Shown here: piece by piece, positions 12,561-26,149 of the stretch
Layout of the letters: every line of letters starts with the position of its first letter
Numbering within the stretch: the stretch's first letter is position 1
Origin: Octopus vulgaris
Lineage: Eukaryota
DNA length: 64,000 nt
Direction of reading: 5' to 3'
Assembly (NCBI GenBank): GCA_951406725.2
Contig: OX597821.1
Coordinates: 105,276,001-105,340,000 of the forward strand
Program-made: the position numbers and the translations under genes
Notes under the pieces: generated by a model
Told to the model about the DNA's origin: nothing
The model's input: only the letters and a program-made list of their open reading frames with translations
Database searches by the model: none

Positions 12561-14414
12561 CAACTCCACTCTAGGACCAAGGTGTGCTATAGAAATGAAC
12601 GGTAATCTTTTGTTGTCTGAATTATTAATATTTTCATAAATTTCATTGTATGCAGTGATAGGGAAATAATATAAGACAGTGAGAGATAAAATATATACCA
12701 ATATATATATATAAATACATGTACACACACACAGACAAATATGTGTGTGTGTGTCCATACATACAAAACAATGAAATAACCGGCGGAGAAATGGGAATTG
12801 AAAAAGTCAAATAAGTTGATGGAAAATACGAAGAAAAATGTTGAAATCTAATAAGAAAAAATTTGGAAAACTGCAATGTAAATGCAAAAAGTATATATAA
12901 AATGTAAAACAATTTTCAAGGAACTGTGTGTATAACATATATAAGAGATGTCTCAGAATACCTTAAAATTCTTTGCACTGGCCCCAAAGTCATCACAATT
13001 TTCTTTCGTTATTTGCCAAAATTTGAACCATTCGCCATCTTCCGTGATAAATAAAAGCAACTTTTTTAAAAAATATGTATTCAATATTTTAGTAAATACT
13101 ATGAAGGTTTAATGACACTTCTTTTTAACACAATTAAGCAATGATTTATTCACGTTGATTAGCACGCGTATGCCGCACCATTTTTGGTGAATATCGCATT
13201 AAGTAAATATTTTGATATTTGCTATTAGTAACGTTTTTGTCTTGTGAAGTTTGGAAAAAAATTGCGAAATTTCAATGGAATGACGGTTGTTATTTCTGTA
13301 TTATACATGTACTGCATGTGTAAAAATTATTTTCTTTGTCGCCGTGGCCATATCTGGATTCCGCCATGTTACACGTATTCGGTTTTGAACTCCCATCTAA
13401 ATATAATGTATTTCATTTCCTTCACCGTTGATGAACGACTTGAAAAGTGATAATTGCCACTGTTTTTCCTGTACTAAATAAGCAATGAAACAAATAGTTG
13501 AGGTCGGCTAGTTCGTACTGCGAGCATAATCGCGAAACTTCGTGAGTATCGCTGTCATATTATTTACAATGATGATAATGATGATGTTCATTAAGTTGAT
13601 GATAATGATGATGATGATGATCATGAGATGAGGATCATCACCCTCATCATCGTCATCGTCATCATCATCATCATCATAATTTCGTCGTCGTCGTATTCGT
13701 TGCCATCGTCATAATCATCTCCTCAATGTTATCGTCATGGTAATTTTCTAAGTAAATCTAGCATCATTATAAAGAAACACACTCCTACTAACTCAAGTTT
13801 ATCAACTTTGCATAACAGTGTATTATGGTGACGCATTCGTATCTAATAAATAGAAAATATTAAATTCCCAATATTGAATATACTATTGATAAAACCTATC
13901 TCTATATCCTTCGCTTTATTACTCATACGTCGATTACATATTCAACAGTTATGTATAAATTCAATACATTTGTTTATATATGACGTATCGTTCTAATTTC
14001 AATGCCGATATCATTAAAATGCACTGATTCGATAGTACTTTACTTGAGATTGGTGAATCTATCTTCAAGATTGATTCTTGGGCACTTTCGCATTCGGAAT
14101 CATTAATCACTATTGTAAACTGGGAGATCTAATAATTCTTTTGTAATCTTGATAATAGCTATATTGGTCTTAAAAGAATCTAGCTGAAAATACGCCCTGA
14201 TCAAGCAACACTATAATTAAAAGTATTACAATCTACACCATGGAGTCTGCATTTTCAGAGATTATGCAACTAAAACTACACTAAGTAAAGATTGTCCTCA
14301 GTTGCTTTTAAGTTTAATTTGCTATCTCTGGCTAAATATATAATTAGCTGCTATTATTTAACTATTACGTTTTACTTGTTACTATCTTTATACTACAATC
14401 ATACAGTAGCTTGG

Positions 14415-14765
14415 TCTGTTTAGTCATAGAAATCGACCACAGTACTTCTTGTACTGGTGTTTATCTTTGCTTTACACTTTATATCAGACCATGAGAGCGA
14501 ACCGCTATTTTATGAGAATATAAATTAATTCAACTTGTCAGCTTGTCAGGCAATTTTGGAGACAGACAGTGACATAAAGACACATGCATATACAAACAGG
14601 AGGTTAAACAAATACAAGTGGAGACATAAATATGTATATTTGACGGATTTCCACACTGTTTCAGTCATAAAGATTCACTTACATTACATGTAGTAGTACC
14701 TGGGCAGTTATAGAAGAACTTGGCCAAGGAAGGAACGAATTCTAGAACAGCCATAATTGCGCCTA
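14415..14765 (-). mobile_element. highly degenerate SINE (family S1)
   Basis: tttagtc..gaaatcgacc.cagtactt, gcgaaccgcta, agaagaacttggccaagg and gcgccta blocks in family order. Confidence 0.6.
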
Positions 14766-15259
14766 GAATCTTAGTCACACTACGCTGATACAGCATTAAC
14801 AAACAGATCTTGCCTTTTTTTTTTCGTAAAATGGTAGGTTTCGTTTACAGGAGATTTGGTTTCGATTACTACAGATCGATCTAATAGATGTAAGCGATCT
14901 CGTACGCTTGTTACGTGTGGCTTTGTTTTGGTTATAGCTTTTCACATGCTCGGAACAATGCTTTTGAAGTAATTTACTTCCGTTGACGTTAGAAAAAGGA
15001 TGTTATTCAGGTCCCTACATTGTGTTGGAAACATTATAATAGATTAGAATTGCAATCAAAGAGTAACTTTCTGCTATTATTTAAAATGAATAAAAATATT
15101 CACATGATACGAGATCAATAAAATTCTGAAAGGAGAAAATATTCCGCAACATTTATTCATACGCGTACAATGAGAATGAAAGGAATAATTTTACAAGCTT
15201 GCTAAAGCAGCATCAATGTACATAACACCCACAAAAATAAAGGAACTGAGAGAAGTACA

Positions 15260-15295
<36 letters not shown>

Positions 15296-15493
15296 TACAC
15301 ACACACACACACACACATACACACACATACAAATTCTTGAATGTGCATGTATATGCCTGCAGTTCTGCAAACACATACGTATATAATACATACATACATG
15401 CACACAAACACAAACATCTCTCTCCCTCTCTCTCTCTCTTTATATATACATATATACATATATATGTGTATGCGTATATGTGTATATAGCTAT

Positions 15494-15534
<41 letters not shown>

Positions 15535-15651
15535 AACGTATCTATCACGTTGTATATACATGCATGTATAAATATATACATATAGAAATGAATATAAATA
15601 TGTGTGTACACATACATACACACACAAACACACAGACACACACACACATAC

Positions 15652-15696
<45 letters not shown>

Positions 15697-15820
15697 GGTT
15701 TACGTGCATCTATATATGCATATATTTATAGATAATTAGATACATATAAATACATGTATATATTACATATACACACATGCACACAAATATAATACACACA
15801 CACACACACACACACATAAA

Positions 15821-15865
<45 letters not shown>

Positions 15866-16119
15866 GCCTAAACATACAGATATAGGTATACTTAAATGTT
15901 ATTTACATGTAGCAATTTACTGGGAACTATGCATCTTAACAAAAGGTTAATTGCCAACATATTTAATCAGGCTAGCTCAATTATGAATACACGTATATAC
16001 AAATGCAAAGAAGACCGAAATCTAAAAACACGTAAACGAAGAGGAACATTAATCTACCTACCTACTTATCTATCTATCTTTCTTTCTTTCTTTCCTTCTA
16101 TCTATCATATAGATATATT

Positions 16120-16175
<56 letters not shown>

Positions 16176-16504
16176 CGTAATTTACTGTAGTATATGGTCT
16201 ATTTATCATGCAGTTTATCTCTCTACGTCAACTACATATGTACACACGAACACACACACACCACATGCACACATACACCCGCACATGCACACACGGAACC
16301 GCATCAGAAAATATATTCACATACATTTAATGAGACAATTATGCTTTCCCTTAATATTTCTGATATAACAACTTACTATAGATTCGCATGCACATATCTC
16401 GAACATATTTTCCATTACTTACGAAATTTTATTTTGTGCTGAGTTACAAAACTTTTGTTGCAGCTTCCCTTGCAATAAATAGTAACAATCTCTAGTTCGA
16501 ATAC

Positions 16505-16942
16505 CAGGTTGTTCTTCACAGTTGAACCAATTCTACTATATGGCTCAGAAACCTGGAAGTTACGAAAGAAGCTTGAGAGGCGGTTGGATGGAACTTACAC
16601 TCGCCTCGTTATGAGAGCTCAAAATCTCTCGAGGAAGCGTCATCCAACGAAAGTACAAATATATGGGAAACTACCACCTGTATCATCTCTTGTGGAAGGT
16701 AGAAAAGTCCAGTTTGCTGAACATTGTGGTAGAGCTGAAAACGAGGCAAGTTCTACTCTTCTCCTCTGGAAGCCATCTACTCGCGATACCAGATAGCGAA
16801 CACTCCCCTACCCTGATGTAATCTCCAGGGATACAGGCATCCAGCAACAGGACCTCCGTAATGCTATGATGGACCGTGAAGTCTGGCGTAGCATAGTAAA
16901 TTCCATTGTCTCGACCACGGTCGAACAATGATGATGATGATG
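16505..16942 (+). mobile_element. 5'-truncated RTE-clade LINE 3' end
   Basis: VEPILLYGSETW..RRLDGTYTRL..QFAEHC is typical of the RTE C-terminal region; ends in a (TGA)n tail. Confidence 0.85.
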
Positions 16943-17184
16943 TTCTCCAGAAATAAAACGATATTTAGGGCAATGGCTGGTATTCGAAGTAAAATAACAA
17001 TGATGATTATATCGCATTTGTTTTTCCCACTTAAAGTTCGCAAATACCTCTGTATATTTGGGAGTATATGCCCTTTCAACCATTTATATTTGAAACCAAA
17101 AAACTGCTATTTTACACTGAGTTGCATCGTAAATGCATAGTGAAAAACATACATTCACACATGCATTTATGGGGCCATACATAT

Positions 17185-17381
17185 ACTCATTTAATCTTTT
17201 ATGTACATGTTTCAGTCATTTGACTGTGGCCATGCTGGTGCATCGCATTTAGTCGAGCAAATCGACCACAGTACTTATTCTATAGGTCACTTTTGACTAA
17301 CCGCTAGCGTTACGAGGACGTAAACACACCACAATTGGTTGTCAAGCGATGTTGGGTGGAGGGAAACACAAACTCACAAGC

Positions 17382-17400
<19 letters not shown>
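17185..17400 (-). mobile_element. SINE family S1, 3' half
   Basis: tttcagtcatttgactgtggccatgctgg...tttagtcgagcaaatcgacc, matching the 49350 and 57285 copies. Confidence 0.8.
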
Positions 17401-17424
<24 letters not shown>

Positions 17425-17970
17425 CAATTCATAAGTAGGGGCAAACGAAAAATTTTCTAATGCCAAATATGCCAAAAAATTGGACATATTGCCCATTAAC
17501 CATATAATTTTTTCAAAATACGCACGCTACTCGAAAAAAGGTCGATAGAAATTTCTAAAAATTCCATTATTACCATATCGGACCGATTTCAGGTTTAGCT
17601 CATAACAGCCCTACCTTCGTCAGTGATACATGTGGCAAAAGAAATAAATGATATACTTAATCATACCCATGGAAGAAGCAAACACTAAGTCATGAGCACA
17701 ATTAAGTACCCCAAATACATCCCTATTTTGGATGTATGGTAATAATGGAGTTTTTAAAAATTTCTGTCGACCTTTTTTCGAGTACCGTGCGTATTGTGAA
17801 AAGATTATATGGTTAATGGACAATATGTCCAATTTTTCGGCATATTTGGCATTAGAAATTGTTTCGTTTGCCCTTACTTATGAATTGTTTATAAATTTAA
17901 CCTTTAAAGGCATTTTTTAATATGCTGGCCATTGATAAAATGTTTTTCGAACAAAAATTTATCCTACATT

Positions 17971-17973
<3 letters not shown>
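17425..17973. mobile_element. family A repeat with inverted (fold-back) 5' arm
   Basis: 17425-17722 is antisense and 17735-17973 is sense relative to 6107-6641; (TA)n on both sides. Confidence 0.85.
17571..17628 (-). ncRNA. type I hammerhead ribozyme, intact core (family A)
   Basis: Minus strand TATCA-CTGACGA-AGGT(AGGGCTGTTATGAGCTAA)ACCT-GAA-ATCGGTCCGAT-A-TGGTA: complete core, three helices, AUA cleavage triplet. Confidence 0.88.
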
Positions 17974-18024
<51 letters not shown>

Positions 18025-19480
18025 ATGTATACGCCCCTTGGTCATGTGTATGTGGGCACGTGTGTGTGTTTATAGTTATAAACCTACTTATAACTGGGTG
18101 CAGTGTACAGAAAATAACTTTTGTTATGCAGTATATCCTATTTCATTTATTGATGCGCATAACATCGCGTTCCTGTACGCTAATTCCTCAATTTAAACTC
18201 TAATATTTTCGCATTTCTTTACATCTCCATATCTATATATGTCGGAAATGGACCTCATAATTGAAACTCATAATTTTTACGTGGGTTTCATTTTCTAGCA
18301 CATTCATTTCGTTATTTTTTTGTTGATATTTCTGATATATGAATTTGAAGTACGTTGGCTCATTCATAAAACTTACTCGATTATAACGTTGCATTCTATA
18401 ACGCACAGCTAATTGGCATAGCAGAAGAAAATATATCTCCTCTAATTACACAATATATTTCGATGTTGTTAAAGTAAATGCAAGCACTTTTTGTAATATT
18501 TCTTTCTTACTTTTTTTGCATTTTACTGCTCTATTTGCGAATAATCATAAATTTGCTCCTTCTGATATATAAAACTGCTTCATCAATGTATATACCATAT
18601 AAGTAACTAAACTAACAAAAAATATCGCTCCGAAAGAACATCATTTTTTTTTCTACTAGAAAATATTTTATCAGAGAATCAGGCGAAAACCTTTTAACAA
18701 CCTTCCAGTTGATGCAATCTGTATTATTGCTATTTAGACATTTTTCTATCTTGCATAAGCGGTCATAAGTTCTCAGCAAACTCACTTCACTTGGCGCTCA
18801 ATCTTTTCAAATATTTCCTTAAAGGTTTATAAGATATATTACGTATTATTACATCATAACGTAGAAAATAACTTATGAGTGAATCATATGTTTTAGTCAA
18901 ATCTAGCACAAACCGTGTCTAACTTACAAACCATCACAGAGGATCTGTTAAGTTCTTTCTGAGTAGTTTTGTGGTATCATCTCCAATTCATGTAGGGAAA
19001 TGTTGACTGAGATATATCCATGTATATGTGGCTTACGTGTTCCTCTTGTCTTCTATATATGTATAACTTAAACCAAACTCTTCATATCCGAATACACAGT
19101 TTGATGAAATAGTAAGACGGTACATATACGAAGGAAGAAATCAAACATAATTTCTCAAATATCGTGAGGACCATAGTGCTGTATAAAGGGAATTGCTTAA
19201 AAGCAAATGTATATTTAATTGAAGCTATTTCTCCATTAAAAATAAATGCAGTTGCTACAATTCATGTAGTAGGGCCCCAAACTCTCTCCATGCAATTGAA
19301 GGCAGGTTCGTGTCTTTCAGTGAGCTATTTGCACACACATATTCACGCATACACACACATACACATATTCACAAATTCACAAAAACAAAGCCGCGTATGT
19401 GTCTTCCGCACTATTTCTATCTATCTATTCATCTATCTACCTGTATGCATGTATGTATGTATGTATGCATGTATGTATGC

Positions 19481-19512
<32 letters not shown>

Positions 19513-19581
19513 TATAAATATATATGTATATATAAATGTGTGTATACGTCTTTATATACCTCGCTCTCTCACTATATATAG

Positions 19582-19649
<68 letters not shown>

Positions 19650-19653
<4 letters not shown>

Positions 19654-20300
19654 AAAACAAAAAACAACAACGCAAGGATGTGGAACAAATAAAGTATTAT
19701 TGGACGCTCAGGAAAGAAGGGAAACATAGGAGAAAGAAACATCCCGAGATGGGAGGACAAAGGAAAAAAAAATAGCAGGTAGTCTACACCAGGTCACATA
19801 CTAAAAAGACGGAAGTGGTCAAAAGGAAGAAAAAGTGTTTTTTAAAAACAAAACAGCTGAATCAGAGAATGAATGGTAAAAAAGGTGTGCGAGATGACAA
19901 GGTTGTGTGTGTAAGTATGTGCGTGTGTGTGTGTATGGTGGACGATGGATAGTAGGAAGCAGTAGTGGAATGGTGGACGAAGACTGGTAGCAGGCAGTAG
20001 GGAATTAAGGAGTAGTTGGGGGTACCCTAGCAAGTCAGAAGGCAGGTCAGAAACAGGGAGGTATGTGTGTGTGCGTGTATATGTATCGTGTGTGTGTTTT
20101 GTTGTAGTATGTGTGTGTGTACGTGTGCGTTTTTTTGTGTGTATGGCGAGAATCATTGTTCTTTAGACTTAGTGTATGTGTGCGTGTGTGCGTATGTCTG
20201 TGTGTGTCTGTGCTTATGTGTGTGTACGTATGTGTATGTGTGCGTGCGCTTGGAGGTATAAGTTGTGTGTATGTATATGTGTCGGTGTGTATGTGAATTA
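19650..20300 (-). mobile_element. Penelope-like 3' region remnant
   Basis: gacgctcaggaaa and the adjoining purine-rich and GT-rich blocks mirror the layout of 44050-45185 in reverse; the hammerhead segment is absent. Confidence 0.55.
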
Positions 20301-20443
20301 GTGGGTGTTTGTACGTGTGTATGTGTGTGTGCGTGTATTGTATATATATGTAATGTGTGTATGTACGTGCGTGGGAGTGAATGTATGTACGTGCGTGTGT
20401 GTACAAATGTGTGTTTATATGTTTTATATATATATATACATAT

Positions 20444-20500
<57 letters not shown>

Positions 20501-20514
20501 TATATATATATGTT

Positions 20515-20562
<48 letters not shown>

Positions 20563-20565
20563 AAC

Positions 20566-20756
20566 ACATGCAAACACATACACACGCACACAAATCAGAT
20601 ATATACATGTGTTTGTGTGCGTGTGTGTGTGTGTCTGTGCATGTATGGATGTGAATGCATTTTTGCATGTATACGTACAACAAGGATCGCTGTGCTGAAT
20701 AAAGGTGCTTGTTAAATCCATTTTCTGTTACTTGCATTTGTTATACATACATACAA

Positions 20757-20848
<92 letters not shown>

Positions 20849-20867
20849 ATGTGTGTGTACACGTATG

Positions 20868-20920
<53 letters not shown>

Positions 20921-21060
20921 GTACATTTATATGTATATATATATATATATATATTGATATGTATATATATATATGTACATTTATATGTATATATATATGT
21001 ATATTTTTATACATATATATATATTGATATGTATATATATATATATACATACATACGTGT

Positions 21061-21142
<82 letters not shown>

Positions 21143-21333
21143 TTGTATGTATGTATAACAAATGCAAGTAACAGAAAATGGATTTACCAAGCACCTTTAT
21201 TCAGCACAGCGATCGTTGTTGTACGTATACATGCAAAAATGCATTCACATCCATACATGCACAGACACACACACACACGCACACAAACACATGTATATAT
21301 CTGATTTGTGTGCGTGTGTATGTGTTTGCATGT
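20566..21333. repeat. large inverted duplication centred on a TA-rich tract
   Basis: Arms 20566-20766 and 21133-21333 are reverse complements with about 2 mismatches; the symmetry continues inward through the microsatellites. Confidence 0.9.
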
Positions 21334-21776
21334 ATAAAACGTGATGAAGAAAACAGCAGCAAGCTATTGAATGTGTAGGTTTGAATGTTGAAATACGTGT
21401 ATGGACAGCATGTAATTTTCGATGTGAGCTAAAATGAAAATTCGTAACAATAATGATATTGGTGTGTATGCTATCAAAATAAATAACCCTCTGTATGAGT
21501 GTAGCACTACGGTATATACTTAAATAAAACCATTAGTTCTACTCTAATGCTTGTAGGCTTATCAAACAATTTCAGTATGGCTTCCGAGCAAAGCATCAAA
21601 GAATGTCAAGAAGACACGTAACTGTTTACTCCAAATGATATGATGTAACAGTAGATTCTTTTTTAACATTTGCACAAAGGCAAACAGAACACTGTTTATA
21701 TATCAAACTGGCATTGTATGCCAATCACACGCCTATATGTGTATGCATATATAATATATATTCATATACATACTTA

Positions 21777-21831
<55 letters not shown>

Positions 21832-22490
21832 GTCTCATTCATGTACTTCTCAATATGCGCATGTATGTATTGGATGGTATTTTATTGAATCTTTTCTGTG
21901 AATGTGAAAGAATGGTTAGTTTTTATACTCCTACGTAAACACACACGAGTTGTGTATTTGCGTAGGGGTATTTCCAAAGGCAACATTCTTTTCTGGCGCC
22001 ATTCATACACTTGCATTCACCCACGCATTCATATAAATATATATATATATATGAAGATATATAGTTAGAAATGGAAGGAAAATACTATGATTAAAGTTTG
22101 TTTACAAGAAGTAATTTCCATAACTCGATAAATTATTTCGTAACTTAAAAGTATTTATATATTTTCATATTATTTCAGCAAACTATTTCTCTGCTTTCTA
22201 TGATGTTATACACACCTTATTGATTTTATTTTGTATCATATTATATATTTTAAATAGTTTGTACTAAGTTTGGATTTAACTGCCCTTTTTAGCATGTAAG
22301 AAGTCCTGCCAAATATCTTCCCTAAGTGTATAACTCTTTATACACGGTTATATATGAAAATATGAAGCTTTATGGCTTTTATTACGCATGTGAACCACTG
22401 GAAATAAATCATTTTTACCCATATAGTTTACAAAGTTCATACATACATGCATACATACACACACACACACACACATACACACACACACAT

Positions 22491-22569
<79 letters not shown>

Positions 22570-22571
<2 letters not shown>

Positions 22572-24033
22572 TGGAAAGAAACTCGGGGAGATCATATCGG
22601 CATAAGGTCCTCAGAGGAGTAACCCCATTTAGGCAAGTGTTTCGGACCTTAATTCTCTTAATTCCTGACACTCTAGTAGGGTCGGGCTACATCCGAATCA
22701 TGACTCCAGTATGTCCACCTGCCGTCTGTTTTAGTACGCCTTAGGTGGGATTGGTTTCTCTGCTTTCCAGAACTGCTCTGACGTGTGCTGCAGACTGAAA
22801 AATGCTACGTGCCTGTTTCCAGCTGGGTACTCTGGCGAGTGCTCGGACGACCTAGGTGTCAGGGTTTTTTTTTCTCAAGGTCCCAGCGTGATTCGCACAC
22901 GAATCGCCGGCTCCAGAGGCTCGGGCCTACATTGCTACGCTAATGTGGCATTCGCTTGAAGTTTGCCTTTGTTCCTTCTAGACCAGATCCAACTTGAGGG
23001 TTTCTCCGTCGCTTCTCCCATGCTCCTCAAGTTTCTACTCCTGCTTTTTGAAGAGATGGACAGATATTTCATGTGGCTATAGGCAGATGAGCCTACAAAT
23101 CTCCTGACGCTAACTTCGACTGCGGAGAGTTTGGTTTTGAATCCAGCGTCCCACAGGTCTCTGGCTAAGTCCGCGTACTTTCTGTCTTGTAGACACGAGC
23201 ATGTTCCCTCCTGGTTTCTTAACGCACAGTGAGTTCGATCAGGAGGATCTCCTTGGTATACTTGGTGTTTAGCACTCTGTCGGGTTTCGTGCCAGTCTTC
23301 CTGAGGACCTCTGGGTAGGCGTTCCACACTGGGAGATCTGCAGCTCATTCCCAATCATCTGCTTCACTCAGCTAGCCTTGTCTGCAAAATATGCGTGGGA
23401 TGTTTGTAGTTGGGCAAGGTTTCTTGCCTCCTGCGCCCTGGAAACATGACTCGGGCTCCTTGCATCGTCATTTGCTCTCGGTCTTATTGAATTCGACCGC
23501 TTCAGCAAGCTCTTTCAGCACTTGCTTGTGTTTCTAAATATATCTCCCTTAATTGAGGGCTGTTTTGTAAGAGTTGAGAACGTGCTCGACTGTCTACGTC
23601 CGTTGCAGATCGGACAGGAAGTGTCCTCAGCTTTCGTCCATTTTACCAGAGGGTAGGAGTCATAGACTGATCAGAAAATAAAGTTGATCCTGAGTTCAGC
23701 CCTGTGCCACAGGTCATTCCAGCTCATGCTTCTTTGGAGCGCACTTTCCCATGATGTTCATTGTCTCTGCTGACTTTATTGCACTGGCTTCTGAAGCCTT
23801 CCTTTGATTTTGTTTTCCCTGATCTCGTTGATCATCAAGAATCTCTTTGTATTTCCTTTGATCATGGACCACCATTCCATGTCAGATGATCCTAGGCCTT
23901 GTGTGTTGGTCTCAGTATGCCAAAAGATGTCTCTCGTCCTTTAGATCTCTTTAGCTACCTCTACAGCTTCATTTAGCTTCCACTTTCTGCCTGTATTCAG
24001 CTCGGGTTGCATAGCTCTCATGATCAGGTCTTT
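22570..24033 (-). mobile_element. 5'-truncated RLE-type non-LTR retrotransposon (HERO-like)
   Basis: Broken peptides CPICNG..TVEHVLNSYKTALN*GRYI*KHKQVL (zinc knuckle), LIELTV and KYADL...AVEVSVRRFVG (restriction-like endonuclease), then a 3' UTR running into (TC)n. Confidence 0.85.
22603..22673 (-). ncRNA. non-circularly permuted hammerhead-like RNA in LINE 3' UTR
   Basis: Minus strand GAGTGT-C-AGGA...TAAGGTCC-GAA-ACACTT...TCCT-CTGA-GGACCTTA: helices III (6 bp), I (4 bp) and II (8 bp) all form; the core appears to lack 3 nt. Confidence 0.65.
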
Positions 24034-24157
24034 TGAATATATATATATATTATACAGCTTGAAACGCATTTCCAATATAAGTATATCTGTGTATCAATAT
24101 CTTCTTAACCCAGATGTGTACGAATACATATATTTTGAACCAGAGAAACTTACACAA

Positions 24158-24190
<33 letters not shown>

Positions 24191-24221
24191 TACATATGTA
24201 CATGCATACATACATTACATA

Positions 24222-24253
<32 letters not shown>

Positions 24254-24928
24254 AATTTATAGAAACTGCAAGTATGTGAGGAAAATGCCTCACAGGAATA
24301 ATTAAATATGTACACAGAGATAGATACACGCCTACAAACGTTTTTACATGTTTGAAGGCATACACTTAGTATTGAACGCAGTATGTAGCCTGCAAAGTTT
24401 TGTTAATCAATATATCTGTAAATAAATTTACAAAAAAAAATCACCAGTTTTTCTTGGAAAAGTTTTTTTTTTTTTTAATGAGGTGGTATATGATACAAAC
24501 ATTACTTATGAATTTGCTAGATATCAAAGATTATCGTTAAAAAAAAGGTGTTCGAATATATCGATTTTGTACTATTTGTTGACAATAGTAAAAATAAAGG
24601 TTTTCTAAACGTAAGCTGTTTTGAGAAATACATCACTCGAAAATATATACTGGTAATCAAATTGTATAGGTTCAGCAGGGATTAGTGAATGAAATCACCT
24701 GAATATTTTATCATCTGAAACCATGACGATTCGTTCAGGACAGGATCAATTCGCGGTTCGGTAATAAATGTTCGATGGAATAAATACCATTTCAATACCA
24801 TTTATCATGCGTCACTATCTGTTGTATCTTTTGTCTGTAAATGTCGTGATACAGGCACAAGATTGTGACGGAGGGTTTAGATACACTATACCAATGTAAT
24901 ACCAGTAAACAAGATAAGGATGCAGCCG

Positions 24929-25336
24929 GGACATTTTCGGTTTGAATGGCAGTTTTTATCTAGCGGTGTCATAAATACTCACCCATAATTATGATCCTAG
25001 TATCGATCTATTGCATTTCAATCTGTTTTAGGGTTCGGGTGGGGGTAATGGTATCTTTTTTCTTCAGAAATGTAAATAAACCCAATCTGTTTCTTAAATG
25101 AGGGTCATATTCATACGGCACAGAATGCTTTTTACCTCAATAGACGTCACTGATTGGTTGAAATTGCAGAAATTGAAGAAAATAAACAACAAGTATCATA
25201 CAAACTATAGAAGTTTCTCAATAAAGGCAAGAGAAAAATATGTTTTATAAGCACATTCGACCCGTATACGAAGTTTAAATGTGTTTAGTTACGTGGAAAT
25301 TATTTTAAAAACCTGCCATTCAAACCGAGAAGATCC
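24929..25336. mobile_element. MITE with TIRs, copy 1 (Merlin-like ends)
   Basis: TIRs ggacattttcggtttgaatggcagttttt / aaaaacctgccattcaaaccgagaagatcc; perfect 8-bp TSD tgcagccg. Confidence 0.88.
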
Positions 25337-25439
25337 TGCAGCCGTAATAACAACGTAACGATCCAACCCAACAAACTCTCCACAAACAAACAATCAGTAT
25401 TCAAACAAACTAACCAACTGACACCTTCCGACTTCACTG

Positions 25440-25790
25440 CGAACTCTACTCGAACTAACTCGTTTTTTATTAAATATAATGATAATGAAATGGCTTTCTA
25501 CCCACCAAAGAAGAAAGTTGCAATTAATTTTTTTTTACTGTTCAGTTTGTATCTCTACTCGAACAAACTCATTTTTATTATCGGCATGGATCATTAAATA
25601 TAGAGGGGATACTACATGGAGAGACAACACAAACGTGGGTATATATAACGATTAACGAATGATTTATGAGATGTAAAAAAATAATGATAATAAAATAGCT
25701 TTCTACCCACTAAAGTAGAAACTTGCATGTAACTGTTTTTACTGTCCAGATTGTATCTTTTTTTTACTGTTCAGGTTGTATCCCTTCTTG
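25440..25790. repeat. diverged local duplication
   Basis: ataatgataat.aaat.gctttctacccac.aaag.agaaa.ttgca...ttttactgt.cag.ttgtatct occurs at about 25476 and about 25681. Confidence 0.7.
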
Positions 25791-26149
25791 AGTTTGCATC
25801 TTTTTTTCCCATTTTTTAATATACCAGAAAACGTGTCACATCTTCAAAAGCTACCACTTGTGGCAACTCATCGAATTAAACCCGCAATGGTGTTTACTTG
25901 AACTAACTCACAAACTTCACTCCCACCGCTACGAGTTATAATCGCTCAGCCCAGTCTATTTCTTGCATGTGGGTGTTGTGACACTCATCAAAACAAACGT
26001 ACATGTAACAAAGGAATGAAAACTGTTATCCGCGCACCGTTATATGTGTATGTGCGTATGTGTGTGTGTCTGTGAGTGTGTGTAAATTTATTCTATTAAA
26101 ACTTTAATCTAAAACTAATAAACGATTTTTTTCTAGTAAAACATATCAA

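Noticed and set aside
12355-12639. ORF with hydrophobic N-terminus and poly-Asp tract resembling acidic shell-matrix proteins
   Set aside because: It lies within a decaying trinucleotide microsatellite mosaic, with similar tracts at 13565-13740 and 62060-62120; there is no independent gene evidence.
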